Assembly (NCBI GenBank): GCA_016181305.1
Contig: JACOZN010000005.1
Coordinates: 5,323-69,322 of the forward strand
Origin: Candidatus Woesearchaeota archaeon
GTDB taxonomy: Archaea > Nanobdellota > Nanobdellia > Woesearchaeales > GW2011-AR4
Direction of reading: 5' to 3'
Length of the DNA stretch: 64,000 nucleotides
In this document: positions 28,481-37,786 of the stretch, piece by piece
Layout: each line of letters opens with the position of its first letter
How positions within the stretch are numbered: position 1 is the stretch's first letter
The notes under the pieces: generated by a model
Databases searched by the model: none
Seen by the model: the letters and a program-made list of their open reading frames with translations, nothing else
What the model was told of the DNA's origin: nothing
Position numbers and translations under genes: made by a program

Positions 28481-29668
28481 CTAGTAAATAACTTTTGCTT
28501 CTGCCTTTAATGGCTTCAGCAACCCAGCTTCCTGCCTCAAAATGTCTGCCATGTCGGTTTTCTCCCATGTGAAGTCGGGGTCTTCCCTTCCGAAATGTCC
28601 GTAAGCTGCAGTTTTCCTGTAAATCGGCCTTCGCAGATTTAAATGCTCAATTATCCACTTTGGAGTCAGCTTGAAGTGCTTCTTGGCAAGCTCGACAATT
28701 TTTGCCTCAGGAATCTTGTTGGTGCCGAAAGTATCTATGTTTATTGATGTTGGCTGCGCTATCCCTATGGCATAAGACAGCTGTACCTCGCACCTGTCGG
28801 CAAGCCCTGCCGCTACAATGTTTTTTGCAACATACCTTGCGGCATAAGCTCCGCTCCTGTCAACTTTGCTTGGGTCTTTGCCTGAGAAAGCCCCTCCGCC
28901 ATGCCTTCCAACCCCGCCATAAGTGTCAGCAATTATCTTTCTTCCTGTAACTCCCGAATCCCCCTCAGGCCCTCCAATGACAAACTTGCCTGTCGCATTT
29001 ATGTAAATCTTGGTTTCATTGTCAATCCATCTGCCGCACACGGGCTTGATAACCTTGTCAGTAATCTCTTCCCTCAGCTCGTCTTCGCTTATCTTGTCCA
29101 GGTGCTGTTGCGCGATAACCACCGCGCTAAGCCTTTTTGGCACATTATCATGATATTCAACGCTGACTTGCGACTTGCCGTCAGGGCCCAAATCCGGAAT
29201 AATCCCCCTTTTCCTTATCTCAGCGAGCTTCATTGTAAGCTTATGCGCAAGCATGATTGGCAGCGGCATTAGCTCGGGCGTTTCGTTGCATGCAAATCCG
29301 TACATCATTCCCTGGTCGCCTGCGCCTTCCTTGTCAACGCCTTGGGAAATATCCGGAGACTGCCCATGTATGCTTACAAGCACTCCCGCATCTTCGCAGT
29401 CTATCCCGAATTGGGGGTTTGTATAGCCGATCTCTCGTAAGGCTCTTCTTGCAATGCCCTGCACATCTGCGTATCCCCTGCTTGTGATTTCACCTGCAAC
29501 AACTACCAATCCTGTTGTTGTAAGGCATTCAACTGCAACCCTGGAATAAGGGTCTTGCACATACAGGTTATCGAGAATAGCATCGCTTATCTGGTCGCAA
29601 ATCTTGTCAGGATGCCCCTCTGTAACAGATTCACTGGTAACATATGTTATATTCGCCAATTTTACCAC
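28481..29668 (-). CDS. metK: S-adenosylmethionine synthetase, bacterial/eukaryotic type
   Basis: [17 protein letters not shown] and [16 protein letters not shown] motifs. The true start may be TTG 29659, after GAGGTG. Confidence 0.98.
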   Translation of the reverse strand: MVKLANITYVTSESVTEGHPDKICDQISDAILDNLYVQDPYSRVAVECLTTTGLVVVAGEITSRGYADVQGIARRALREIGYTNPQFGIDCEDAGVLVSIHGQSPDISQGVDKEGAGDQGMMYGFACNETPELMPLPIMLAHKLTMKLAEIRKRGIIPDLGPDGKSQVSVEYHDNVPKRLSAVVIAQQHLDKISEDELREEITDKVIKPVCGRWIDNETKIYINATGKFVIGGPEGDSGVTGRKIIADTYGGVGRHGGGAFSGKDPSKVDRSGAYAARYVAKNIVAAGLADRCEVQLSYAIGIAQPTSINIDTFGTNKIPEAKIVELAKKHFKLTPKWIIEHLNLRRPIYRKTAAYGHFGREDPDFTWEKTDMADILRQEAGLLKPLKAEAKVIY

Positions 29669-29806
29669 CTCGCATCAAAGAATGTCATTATTGGACGTAT
29701 TCCGGCTCTGTTTATAAAAACTTTTGTGAAAGAAATATTCCAAAAGGAATAATTTTAAATATAAGTTAGTAATCCTGAATAAGCGTGCGAAGGGGGCTTT
29801 GCTGGA

Positions 29807-30352
29807 ATGACTTACGAGCTTGAAGAAATCAGGAAAATCAGGAAAAAGCTTGGCATGACTCAGACAGAGCTGGCTAACCGCGCAGGAGTTTCCCAGTCGC
29901 TTATTGCAAAGATAGAGAGCGGAAAGATTGACCCCACTTATACAAAAACAAAGAAGATATTTGCCGCATTAAGCGAGCTGGAGAAAAAGGAAGAGGTAAA
30001 AGCGGAGCAGCTGATGGCAAGCAGGATTATAAGCGTTGAATCGGGAACCCCAATCAAAGAAGCAATCGGCAAGATGAAAAAATCCCAAATCTCGCAGCTT
30101 CCTGTCATAGACGGCCATAAATTGGTGGGCTTGGTGTCAGAATCAATAATACTTGAGGCTTTGCTTAACCAAAAAGGCAGTGAAGTCAGGGATGTAATGC
30201 AGGAAGCCCCCCCAATAGTGTCAAAAACAACCTCCATGCAGGTAGTTTCAAACCTTTTGAAGTACTACCCAATGATTTTGGTGTCAGAAGGAGGCAGGCT
30301 TATTGGATTGATAACAAAGAGCGATTTATTGGGGAAGCTGTATAAGGGTTGA
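29807..30352 (+). CDS. XRE-HTH plus CBS-pair transcriptional regulator
   Basis: TQTELA..AGVSQSLIAKIESG followed by two CBS repeats. Confidence 0.95.
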   Translation: MTYELEEIRKIRKKLGMTQTELANRAGVSQSLIAKIESGKIDPTYTKTKKIFAALSELEKKEEVKAEQLMASRIISVESGTPIKEAIGKMKKSQISQLPVIDGHKLVGLVSESIILEALLNQKGSEVRDVMQEAPPIVSKTTSMQVVSNLLKYYPMILVSEGGRLIGLITKSDLLGKLYKG

Positions 30353-30360
30353 AATGATTA

Positions 30361-31131
30361 ATGGCTGACACAGAGTACAAAAAGCATAAGAGGACACTGG
30401 ATAAAATTCTTGCTGTAGAGGAACTGCCAACTCACCAGGAAGTTCTGGAATTGGAATCATTTGAAGACAGCAACCATATAACTAATCCTCAATTGAACGT
30501 TAGGTTGTTTGGAGCGCCAAAACTCTTCCCTGTTGCATTGTTGCAGGGAAAGGATACGCTGCTTTGGAGAGAGCGTATTTACAATATAGAAACAGTTGAA
30601 TTTGTGGACGCTTTAGCCCGAGAAATAGCGGAATTGAACTTAGATGGCGAGTATCTCGAAGTAGCTGCTGGCAGAGGCAAGCTAAGCTATTGGCTAAGGC
30701 AGAAAGGCATACCAATAAGGGCTACGGATCTTGTTCCGATATCTGAATACGTTGAGCAGCTGGAAGCCTGCTTATCTCTTAGTAAATACTCCCCTGCATT
30801 TGTCTTAACATCTTGGCTTCCACAACAATGTGGATTGCAAAAAAGAGTAGTGGAGACTGAATCCGTAAGGGCTTATATAGATATTAGAGGAGACTATCCG
30901 GGGATATCCATAGATGATTCAGGAATAAAAGCTTTTACAGAGATGGATTTGGCATCCTTTCTGGTAAAAAATGGGAAAAAAGACTCTTTCATATTTGAAA
31001 ATAGAAAAACCAGATGGCATGTAACTACTCCAAAAAAACTCGCAAAATTAGCCTCACCAGCAGCTAAATTCCCTTATAAAAGAGATGAGGAACCTTATAC
31101 TAAGCGTGTTTGGGTATGGAAGCGCACTTGA
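30361..31131 (+). CDS. Orphan protein with methyltransferase-like motif
   Basis: YLEVAAGRGKLS...IRATD...LTSWLP resembles a class I SAM-binding fold. Confidence 0.6.
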   Translation: MADTEYKKHKRTLDKILAVEELPTHQEVLELESFEDSNHITNPQLNVRLFGAPKLFPVALLQGKDTLLWRERIYNIETVEFVDALAREIAELNLDGEYLEVAAGRGKLSYWLRQKGIPIRATDLVPISEYVEQLEACLSLSKYSPAFVLTSWLPQQCGLQKRVVETESVRAYIDIRGDYPGISIDDSGIKAFTEMDLASFLVKNGKKDSFIFENRKTRWHVTTPKKLAKLASPAAKFPYKRDEEPYTKRVWVWKRT

Positions 31132-31138
31132 TATTTTA

Positions 31139-31861
31139 TTATACCATCTGCCTTAACTTACCCACCTTCCCAAACCCATAAACCTCGTCTTCCACAACAT
31201 AAACCTCAAAATTGTCCAAGTTCTGCTTGAGGAAAGGGCTCAATATAATATCGCGAAGCAGGTTAGTTCCTTCAATCATGGTGTTAAAAGAGGGCTGCGC
31301 TATCAGGCACTTGCCTTTGTACCTGCCCTTCAGGAAGCATTTAACCTTCTCAACTCTGGCGCCTTCTTTTAGAGACACGGCAGGATGCTCATGCCCGATT
31401 ATAATAGTAGAAGCCCCCTTTAGGGTTTTCTTGTCTGGAATCTTGTCACCATGTGTTACGAGCACGTTTCCAATAATTACATTATCAACAACCTTAACAT
31501 TCCTTTTCTTAGCTATAGGTCCTAGTATAGTATCATGATTGCCCTTAACAAGCACTATTTCTTGGCAGTGTTTTGCCAGCAAATCGAGAAACTTAAGCGT
31601 ATTGCGCCACTCCTGCTCCGATATTGTGCCAAACTCATGCTTCAAGTCGCCATTAATAACTATAGTTTTGATTGTTTTGCCCTTTAAAGCCTTAAATATG
31701 CTACCCATTTTTTTAACCATCTCATCAAACTGCAGCCTTGGCACAAGAATGCCTTGCTTGTTCAGCGCCTCTTCATAGCCTATATGGGCATCGGCTATTA
31801 CAAGGGTTGAGTCAAAATACAATGCCAGGTCAACTATTTCGATATTAGGCAGTATCTTCAT
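31139..31861 (-). CDS. Calcineurin-like metallophosphoesterase (Lhr-associated type)
   Basis: DAHIG, GDLKH, GNHD, HGD and GHEHP motifs. Confidence 0.93.
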   Translation of the reverse strand: MKILPNIEIVDLALYFDSTLVIADAHIGYEEALNKQGILVPRLQFDEMVKKMGSIFKALKGKTIKTIVINGDLKHEFGTISEQEWRNTLKFLDLLAKHCQEIVLVKGNHDTILGPIAKKRNVKVVDNVIIGNVLVTHGDKIPDKKTLKGASTIIIGHEHPAVSLKEGARVEKVKCFLKGRYKGKCLIAQPSFNTMIEGTNLLRDIILSPFLKQNLDNFEVYVVEDEVYGFGKVGKLRQMV

Positions 31862-31937
31862 ATGCTAAAGAGATACAGGCAACTATAAATAGTTTAAGAT
31901 GATAAAAAATAAAGAAAAAGAAAAAAATAAAGCCTGA

Positions 31938-32303
31938 TTAGGCTGTTTCGCCTTTTGCTAGGTCCCAGACTTGCTTCAGTGCCACAACTATAGTTGCAGG
32001 CACAACGAAAGCAAGGATGCTGTTAAAGATTCCCTGCATATACTGGCCTATTACCTTAACTTCCTCCCAGCCCTTAATCTGGTCACCGGCAGCATAAGCC
32101 ACGATTACTATAGAAACAGCTACTAGCAAAAACTCCTTGGTTTCTTTTCCTGACACGTTCAGGAAACCGACAACCAAACCAAGCACAACAAGCAATGACT
32201 GAAGCCATACTGTTGCATTGCCTAGTTTAGAGGCTGCCAAGCCAAGCACTACTGCTACAATCACTCCAATAATAAAGGAATAATTGCCTATTTGTTTCTC
32301 CAT
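31938..32303 (-). CDS. Small 4-TM membrane protein (paralogue A)
   Basis: GLVVGFLNVSGKETKEFL motif; strong SD GGAGGTGA. Confidence 0.85.
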   Translation of the reverse strand: MEKQIGNYSFIIGVIVAVVLGLAASKLGNATVWLQSLLVVLGLVVGFLNVSGKETKEFLLVAVSIVIVAYAAGDQIKGWEEVKVIGQYMQGIFNSILAFVVPATIVVALKQVWDLAKGETA

Positions 32304-32373
32304 CTAGTTTCACCTCCTAGTGTGAACTAAAGCCCGAAGCTTCTCCGAGCCCTTAAGCGCTAGGCGCTTAAGG
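32304..32373 (-). promoter_or_regulatory. Structured 5' leader of three consecutive hairpins
   Basis: Minus strand CCTTAAGCGC-CTA-GCGCTTAAGG, GCTCGGAG-AAG-CTTCGGGC and TAGTTCAC-ACTAGGAG-GTGAAACTA. BRE-TATA GCGAAAGCTTTATATA lies at 32395-32410. Confidence 0.7.
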
Positions 32374-32645
32374 TATATATCTTGAGAATACCCATATATA
32401 AAGCTTTCGCAAAACATTAATTTTTAAAAGTTCAATTCTGGCTTTTCTATCTTAAAAAACCATAAAACAGCTTGTTTTTAATGAATGCAGGCTTATTATT
32501 ACTTGTTTTTTACCGGATAGTGAAGAATACTAAAAGGTGACTCTCAAATAAAATACCCTATTTTGTTTCCATAAAGCAAAATTTAAATATAAGTTCAATT
32601 ATATTGTTTCAAAGGGATTTAAAGATTGGAGGTGGAGGATTAAAA

Positions 32646-32990
32646 ATGGCAGCAAAGATAGGGCAATGGGCATTTATAGTTGGTGTGATACTTGCCGTAA
32701 TATTCGGCTTTCTAAAAGCAGGAAACTGGGCAGGCATTGTTACACTGATATTGGTGGTGGCAGGGCTCGTAGTTGGGTTCCTGAATGTTACCGAGAAGGA
32801 GACAACCCCTTTTTTGGTGGCGTCAATAGCCTTGATGGCGACAAGCGCTGCGAATCTTGAGGTTATAAACGATATGGTGCCAAATGTCGGCACATGGCTC
32901 CAGAACATTGTAGGGAATTTTGCAGTTTTGATTGCACCGGCAGCTGTTGTAGTTGCGCTGAAGGCTGTTTATTCCTTGGCACAGGACTAA
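32646..32990 (+). CDS. Small 4-TM membrane protein (paralogue B)
   Basis: GLVVGFLNVTEKETTPFL motif, SD GGAGG, and a T-rich tract after the stop. Confidence 0.85.
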   Translation: MAAKIGQWAFIVGVILAVIFGFLKAGNWAGIVTLILVVAGLVVGFLNVTEKETTPFLVASIALMATSAANLEVINDMVPNVGTWLQNIVGNFAVLIAPAAVVVALKAVYSLAQD

Positions 32991-33086
32991 AGCCTTTTTC
33001 TTTTTTATTTTCTTTTTTCTTATCTTATATTGTGCAGCAGCTTAGGCTGCCAAATATATTTAAACTGGTCCAAAATTCTTATCAAA

Positions 33087-33794
33087 ATGAAAAATGCGCT
33101 GTACATGAATGACTCGTACATGAAAGAGTTCGAGGCTGTTGTTGAAAGCATCAAGGATGGCAAATACATAGTTCTTGATAAGACTGCCTTTTACCCAAGC
33201 GGAGGCGGACAACCTAATGATACTGGAGTCATGGTGTGCAATAATGAAGAATACCCTGTTGTTTATGTAGGCAAGTTCTCTGGGGTTATAAGCCATGAGG
33301 TTGGCAAGACTGGCTTGAAAGAAGGCGACAAGGTTATTGGGAAGATCGACTGGGACAGAAGGTACAGGCTTATGAGAATGCACACTGCTGCCCATATAAT
33401 AGATGCTGTGCTTTACAATGGGGCAGGGGCTTTATGCACAGGCAACCAGCTTGGAACCGACAAGTCACGAATTGACTTTTCGCTTGATGTTCTGGACAGG
33501 GACAAAATCCAGCAATACGTTGACATATCCAATAGGTGGGTTAATAAGGCAATTGATGTGAAGATTTACTCTTTGCCAAGGGAAGAAGCTTTGAAAATCC
33601 CGGGCATTGTTAAGCTTGCAGGAGCAATGCCGCCTGAGGTTACAGAGCTCAGGATTGTCGAGATTCCGGGCATTGACATACAGGCAGACGGCGGAACACA
33701 AGTCAAAAATACCTCTGAGATAGGGGAAATAAGCCTTGTGTCTGTTGAGAACAAGGGCAAGAATAACAGGAGGATGTATTATACTATAAGCTAA
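33087..33794 (+). CDS. alaX: Alanyl-tRNA editing protein AlaX-M
   Basis: LY..DSY..EF.A, TAFYP.GGGQP.D.G, MRMHTAAH and ADGGTQV motifs. Confidence 0.93.
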   Translation: MKNALYMNDSYMKEFEAVVESIKDGKYIVLDKTAFYPSGGGQPNDTGVMVCNNEEYPVVYVGKFSGVISHEVGKTGLKEGDKVIGKIDWDRRYRLMRMHTAAHIIDAVLYNGAGALCTGNQLGTDKSRIDFSLDVLDRDKIQQYVDISNRWVNKAIDVKIYSLPREEALKIPGIVKLAGAMPPEVTELRIVEIPGIDIQADGGTQVKNTSEIGEISLVSVENKGKNNRRMYYTIS

Positions 33795-33879
33795 TTCTCT
33801 ACATTCCAGTAGTGACAAAATAGAAAGATTTATAAAGAGAGAAATTTATTGGTTTTAGTGTTATTTGTGGGTGGGTTAA

Positions 33880-34842
33880 ATGCTGTCACGAAGAGAATTT
33901 TTGCGGACTGGAATAGGACTAGGATTAATGGCGAGCGGTATAGGGAGTTTGGAGAATATATTATCACCTTCCTATGCCCAAAGTAGAAGAATTACCTTTG
34001 AAGAAGCACGTGCTGATATAAATTTGAGGCAGGGGTACTTTGACCGACTTGTAAAAGAAGAATTTGGTGAAGAAGCTTCCAGTTTTGTAGACGGGTTTGT
34101 TTATGACCACAGTACTAACCTTGCCAGAAATTACGAAGCTCAAACCCGCTTCGAGTCGACTGAGAAAATGATTATTAATAAATTAGTGGAAAAAAGCTTA
34201 CCGAAAGTATTAAATGACCATCGGTTCAGAGATTCAGATAAATCTCAACTTAAAAAGCAATTGGAAGCTGAGGTAAGAGAGATATTTAGATCTAGTCCAG
34301 CATATTCTCGCCTTAAGGAAAGGGCGTACCAAGAATCAAAAAATGCTGAGGAATTTGAGCAAGGAAAAGCTATAACATTACCGACTTCTTACCTTGAAAA
34401 AAGACCCAAATCAAGAATTTTTGTTTTCAAGCCGATGTTTGAAGATACTGTTACAATTCTTGGAAAATATCCTGCTACAGAAGAAGGTTTTAAAAGTAAT
34501 TTACGACATGAATATAGGCATGCAAAGCAGAAAATAATTGGGATTAAGCTAAGTAATGGTGTCCATCTAATTCCAGAATACTTGTCAAGACTTAATCCTA
34601 AGATAAGAAAGTTTGCACGCGAAACTGAGGCGTATATACAAGAAGTTGATAACACCCTAAAACTTGGAACAAGTCATCCCGCGTACAATGAAGCAGTTGC
34701 AGTTTTTAAGCAACATTTATTTAAATCTGCCATTGACCCGAGGCAGTATGGTTCAGAAGAAAGAAAAGTAATTGGATACATGAATGACGAAATTAGTAGA
34801 GCCATGACTAGGCACATATCAGTAAAGCCTTTTACGTTTTAA
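33880..34842 (+). CDS. Twin-arginine-leader protein with zincin-like HEXXH motif
   Basis: MLSRREFL plus hydrophobic stretch and SYA cleavage site; LRHEYRHA...RETEAY. Confidence 0.7.
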   Translation: MLSRREFLRTGIGLGLMASGIGSLENILSPSYAQSRRITFEEARADINLRQGYFDRLVKEEFGEEASSFVDGFVYDHSTNLARNYEAQTRFESTEKMIINKLVEKSLPKVLNDHRFRDSDKSQLKKQLEAEVREIFRSSPAYSRLKERAYQESKNAEEFEQGKAITLPTSYLEKRPKSRIFVFKPMFEDTVTILGKYPATEEGFKSNLRHEYRHAKQKIIGIKLSNGVHLIPEYLSRLNPKIRKFARETEAYIQEVDNTLKLGTSHPAYNEAVAVFKQHLFKSAIDPRQYGSEERKVIGYMNDEISRAMTRHISVKPFTF

Positions 34843-34858
34843 ATAAATTCTCTTCAAA

Positions 34859-35854
34859 ATGCTAAACCAATCAATCCAAATCTTGAGGACAATGCAGTAT
34901 CCAACCGGGCTTTTTGCAGCCAGCAGGATGACTGCCAAGACCGGCTACAACCTTGCATGGATAAGGGACAATGTTTACGCTGCAATCGGCTTGGAAGCTG
35001 CGCAGAAATACAATATCGCGAGGAAAACTTTGAGGGCTTTGCTGGACATACTTCTGAAGCACGAATACAAGATAGACTGGGCTATAAAGGAAAAGCCAAA
35101 GCACCACTACCAGTACATTCATGCAAGATATGACCCAATCACAATGGAAGAGGTATACGAGCAGTGGGGCAACAAGCAGAATGATGCAATCGGAGCTTTA
35201 TTGTTCAAGATAGGTGATTTGGAGGAAAAAGGCATTAAAATAATAAGAAATGAAAATGACTTGAGAATCCTGCAAAAGCTTGTTTACTATTTGCAAAGCA
35301 TTGAATACTGGCATGACAGGGACAACGGAATGTGGGAGGAGAATGAGGAATTGCATGCCTCTTCAATCGGAGCATGTGTGGCTGGACTTAAGAAGATAAG
35401 CAAGATTGTTAATGTTCCAAAAGATTTGATAAAGCAAGGAGAAGATGCGCTAAACAATTTACTTCCAAGAGAGTCTGAAACAAAAGAAGCGGACATGGCT
35501 TTGCTGTCATTAATCTATCCTTACAATATTGCATCAAGAAAGCAAAGAGATTCTATTTTAAAGAACATAGAGGGAAAGCTAGTTAAGGAAAAAGGAGTTA
35601 TGAGGTATATAGGCGACAAATACCATTACAGAAATGGAGAAGCGCAATGGACAAAAGGATTGCCGTGGCTTGCAATAATCTACAGGCAGATGAACAAGCC
35701 AGACAAGTATGCTTTTTACATGAGAAAAACGATGGAAGCCATGAATGAGAAAGGCGAACTGCCTGAGCTTTACTATGCTGACGGCAATGGCTATAATGAA
35801 AACTGCCCATTGGCTTGGAGCCAGGCGCTGTTTGTGGCGGGGCTGGGGGGATGA
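34859..35854 (+). CDS. GH15 glucoamylase-like protein
   Basis: GLFAAS, WIRDNVY, QNDAIG, GMWEE, HASSIG, LPELY and PLAWSQA motifs. Confidence 0.88.
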   Translation: MLNQSIQILRTMQYPTGLFAASRMTAKTGYNLAWIRDNVYAAIGLEAAQKYNIARKTLRALLDILLKHEYKIDWAIKEKPKHHYQYIHARYDPITMEEVYEQWGNKQNDAIGALLFKIGDLEEKGIKIIRNENDLRILQKLVYYLQSIEYWHDRDNGMWEENEELHASSIGACVAGLKKISKIVNVPKDLIKQGEDALNNLLPRESETKEADMALLSLIYPYNIASRKQRDSILKNIEGKLVKEKGVMRYIGDKYHYRNGEAQWTKGLPWLAIIYRQMNKPDKYAFYMRKTMEAMNEKGELPELYYADGNGYNENCPLAWSQALFVAGLGG

Positions 35855-36495
35855 ATATGAAAAATTTGGAAGAAAGGGTGGATTTCAGAGAAGCAAATGA
35901 AGAAGAAGTAGAATTTGCAACACAACATTCAAAAGTCTCAAAACGTTTAAAGCACAACGGATACAGGCTATTTCTTGGCGAAAAGATTGGTGAACATAGA
36001 ACTTATGTCTGGCTCGATGACAAGACTGATACAAGTTTTTTAGATTATGGAAGAAGTTTAGTGGATATCCCGGCAAATTTATTGACCAGAGTTAAACCAT
36101 ACTTATCTTTAGAATCTCACGAACAATTACAAGAATCTGGACCACTTTTGAATGATTTGGGCACACTAAGTACACATTTAAACAAGAACATAGTTCTGTA
36201 TTTTAGGGCACATTCGGCTAAAGGTAAAGATAATGAAACTTTGCAAATCCCAAGAATAGATGAAAGTGGCTCTACTTTAGAATTCCAAAACAAGGATATT
36301 CTAAATGATTTTTTCCAATTGAAAACACAAGTGAGCAGGTGGTGCTTGATGTTGAAATTTAATGCTTACCTAACGACACCATCAGAGTTACCAAAAGCTG
36401 CTGGCGAAATGCTTGAAGTTTACGACGAAATTGCTAAGAGGTATAATGGTGATTTAAAACAAATAGCCCAACTTAAATTTCCATCAAGAGCTTAA
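35851..36495 (+). CDS. Hypothetical orphan protein
   Basis: ATGA overlap with the GH15 stop; begins MNMKNLEERV; A/T-rich. Confidence 0.7.
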   Translation: MNMKNLEERVDFREANEEEVEFATQHSKVSKRLKHNGYRLFLGEKIGEHRTYVWLDDKTDTSFLDYGRSLVDIPANLLTRVKPYLSLESHEQLQESGPLLNDLGTLSTHLNKNIVLYFRAHSAKGKDNETLQIPRIDESGSTLEFQNKDILNDFFQLKTQVSRWCLMLKFNAYLTTPSELPKAAGEMLEVYDEIAKRYNGDLKQIAQLKFPSRA

Positions 36496-36571
36496 AATGC
36501 ATAATCCAGGACAATCATTGGAAAAATTGTCAAGAAGGGAATTTTTGGAATTTATTTAATCGGAATATTCA

Positions 36572-37786
36572 ATGACAACAAAAAAGCAACGCAGAAGAAT
36601 TAAAGAACTTGCAAAATCTAATCTTACCACTATAAAAATAGCCGAAAAATTAGGAGTAAAAAAAAAGGAAGTTGAGGAAGTACTGCAAATACCAAAAAGC
36701 AGTAGGCTAAAAACTAAAACCCTTGTTATATTAGGTGCAGGATTAATTGCGACTGCTGGAGTAGCGTATCACTTTTTAGGGGGCTACCATAAGCGTAATG
36801 AGCTAGTTTCTTACCCGACTCAAGTTCAATATAATATAGTTATCAAAATTCCTGACTTGATTCAAAAATTTGAGGCAATGCCTCTAGCAGAGCAAAGCGG
36901 GATTCTTTCCAGTTTAGAGCAGTTTACGCTTCAGACTAGGGCAGGAAAGCGTGCACAATACATTAATGATGCAATCAAAGTTAAGGAAAGTTTAGATACA
37001 TCTTTGTCACTAAATGTACTTGTTTATAGCTATCCCCACAATGTTATTTATTCAAACAATATTCCAAATAGTTACTATTTGGACGCATTTATTCGTGGCA
37101 GTCCATTGATATTCCTTAAAGCCCATGAAAGACTGCATTTTATACAGGATACCTCATCTAAATGGGATATGCTAGAAACCCTCCTCATAAGCAATACGCC
37201 CGATAAGATTTCTCCTACATCCTTTAATAAAAAACAATCTTCAATAAAAGATGACGATATTCTGGATTTTATTAGAAAAGAGCAGAATAACCCAACCATT
37301 TCATCCGAAGAAGCGACAAAATTACTATTAGAACTTATTAAAACTTATGAATCTGCAAAACCTGAGATATGGTTGATAAGGGAAGTCCAAGCTAATCTTG
37401 CTCTTGGAGTATATACCAGCAAAGAGCTTTATGAAAAACTTCAAACAAAAGAAATCAAAAAAGCTTCAGGGGAGGTAGACATAACTAGAATAGGGCTACA
37501 AAAATTTGAGCAGGTATTCAGAAGCACGCTTGAACTATTGGCAATTTATGACGACCCCATAGAATCTGCAAAGTTTGTTGGTAAATATGGAAATTCCGTT
37601 GCTGAATATGTGGCAAAAGTTGAAGAGCTTAAAATAGAAAAGGGTGTTAAAGATGCACTTCAAATTGGATTAAGAAGGCAAAATCTTATACAACAGGATA
37701 CAAATTTGATTCGAAAACATTCAATAAATTATGTGGTCCAAAAATACTTAAAATCTACCCAAACACCCCCTCAACCATCTCAATAA
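36572..37786 (+). CDS. Membrane-anchored orphan with HEXXH motif
   Basis: Basic HTH-like N-terminus, one TM, and AHERLHF...REVQA. Confidence 0.7.
   Translation: MTTKKQRRRIKELAKSNLTTIKIAEKLGVKKKEVEEVLQIPKSSRLKTKTLVILGAGLIATAGVAYHFLGGYHKRNELVSYPTQVQYNIVIKIPDLIQKFEAMPLAEQSGILSSLEQFTLQTRAGKRAQYINDAIKVKESLDTSLSLNVLVYSYPHNVIYSNNIPNSYYLDAFIRGSPLIFLKAHERLHFIQDTSSKWDMLETLLISNTPDKISPTSFNKKQSSIKDDDILDFIRKEQNNPTISSEEATKLLLELIKTYESAKPEIWLIREVQANLALGVYTSKELYEKLQTKEIKKASGEVDITRIGLQKFEQVFRSTLELLAIYDDPIESAKFVGKYGNSVAEYVAKVEELKIEKGVKDALQIGLRRQNLIQQDTNLIRKHSINYVVQKYLKSTQTPPQPSQ

Noticed and set aside
29670-29710. SAM riboswitch upstream of metK
   Set aside because: Only a short bulged hairpin overlapping the likely transcription start, with no SAM-I/II/III consensus.
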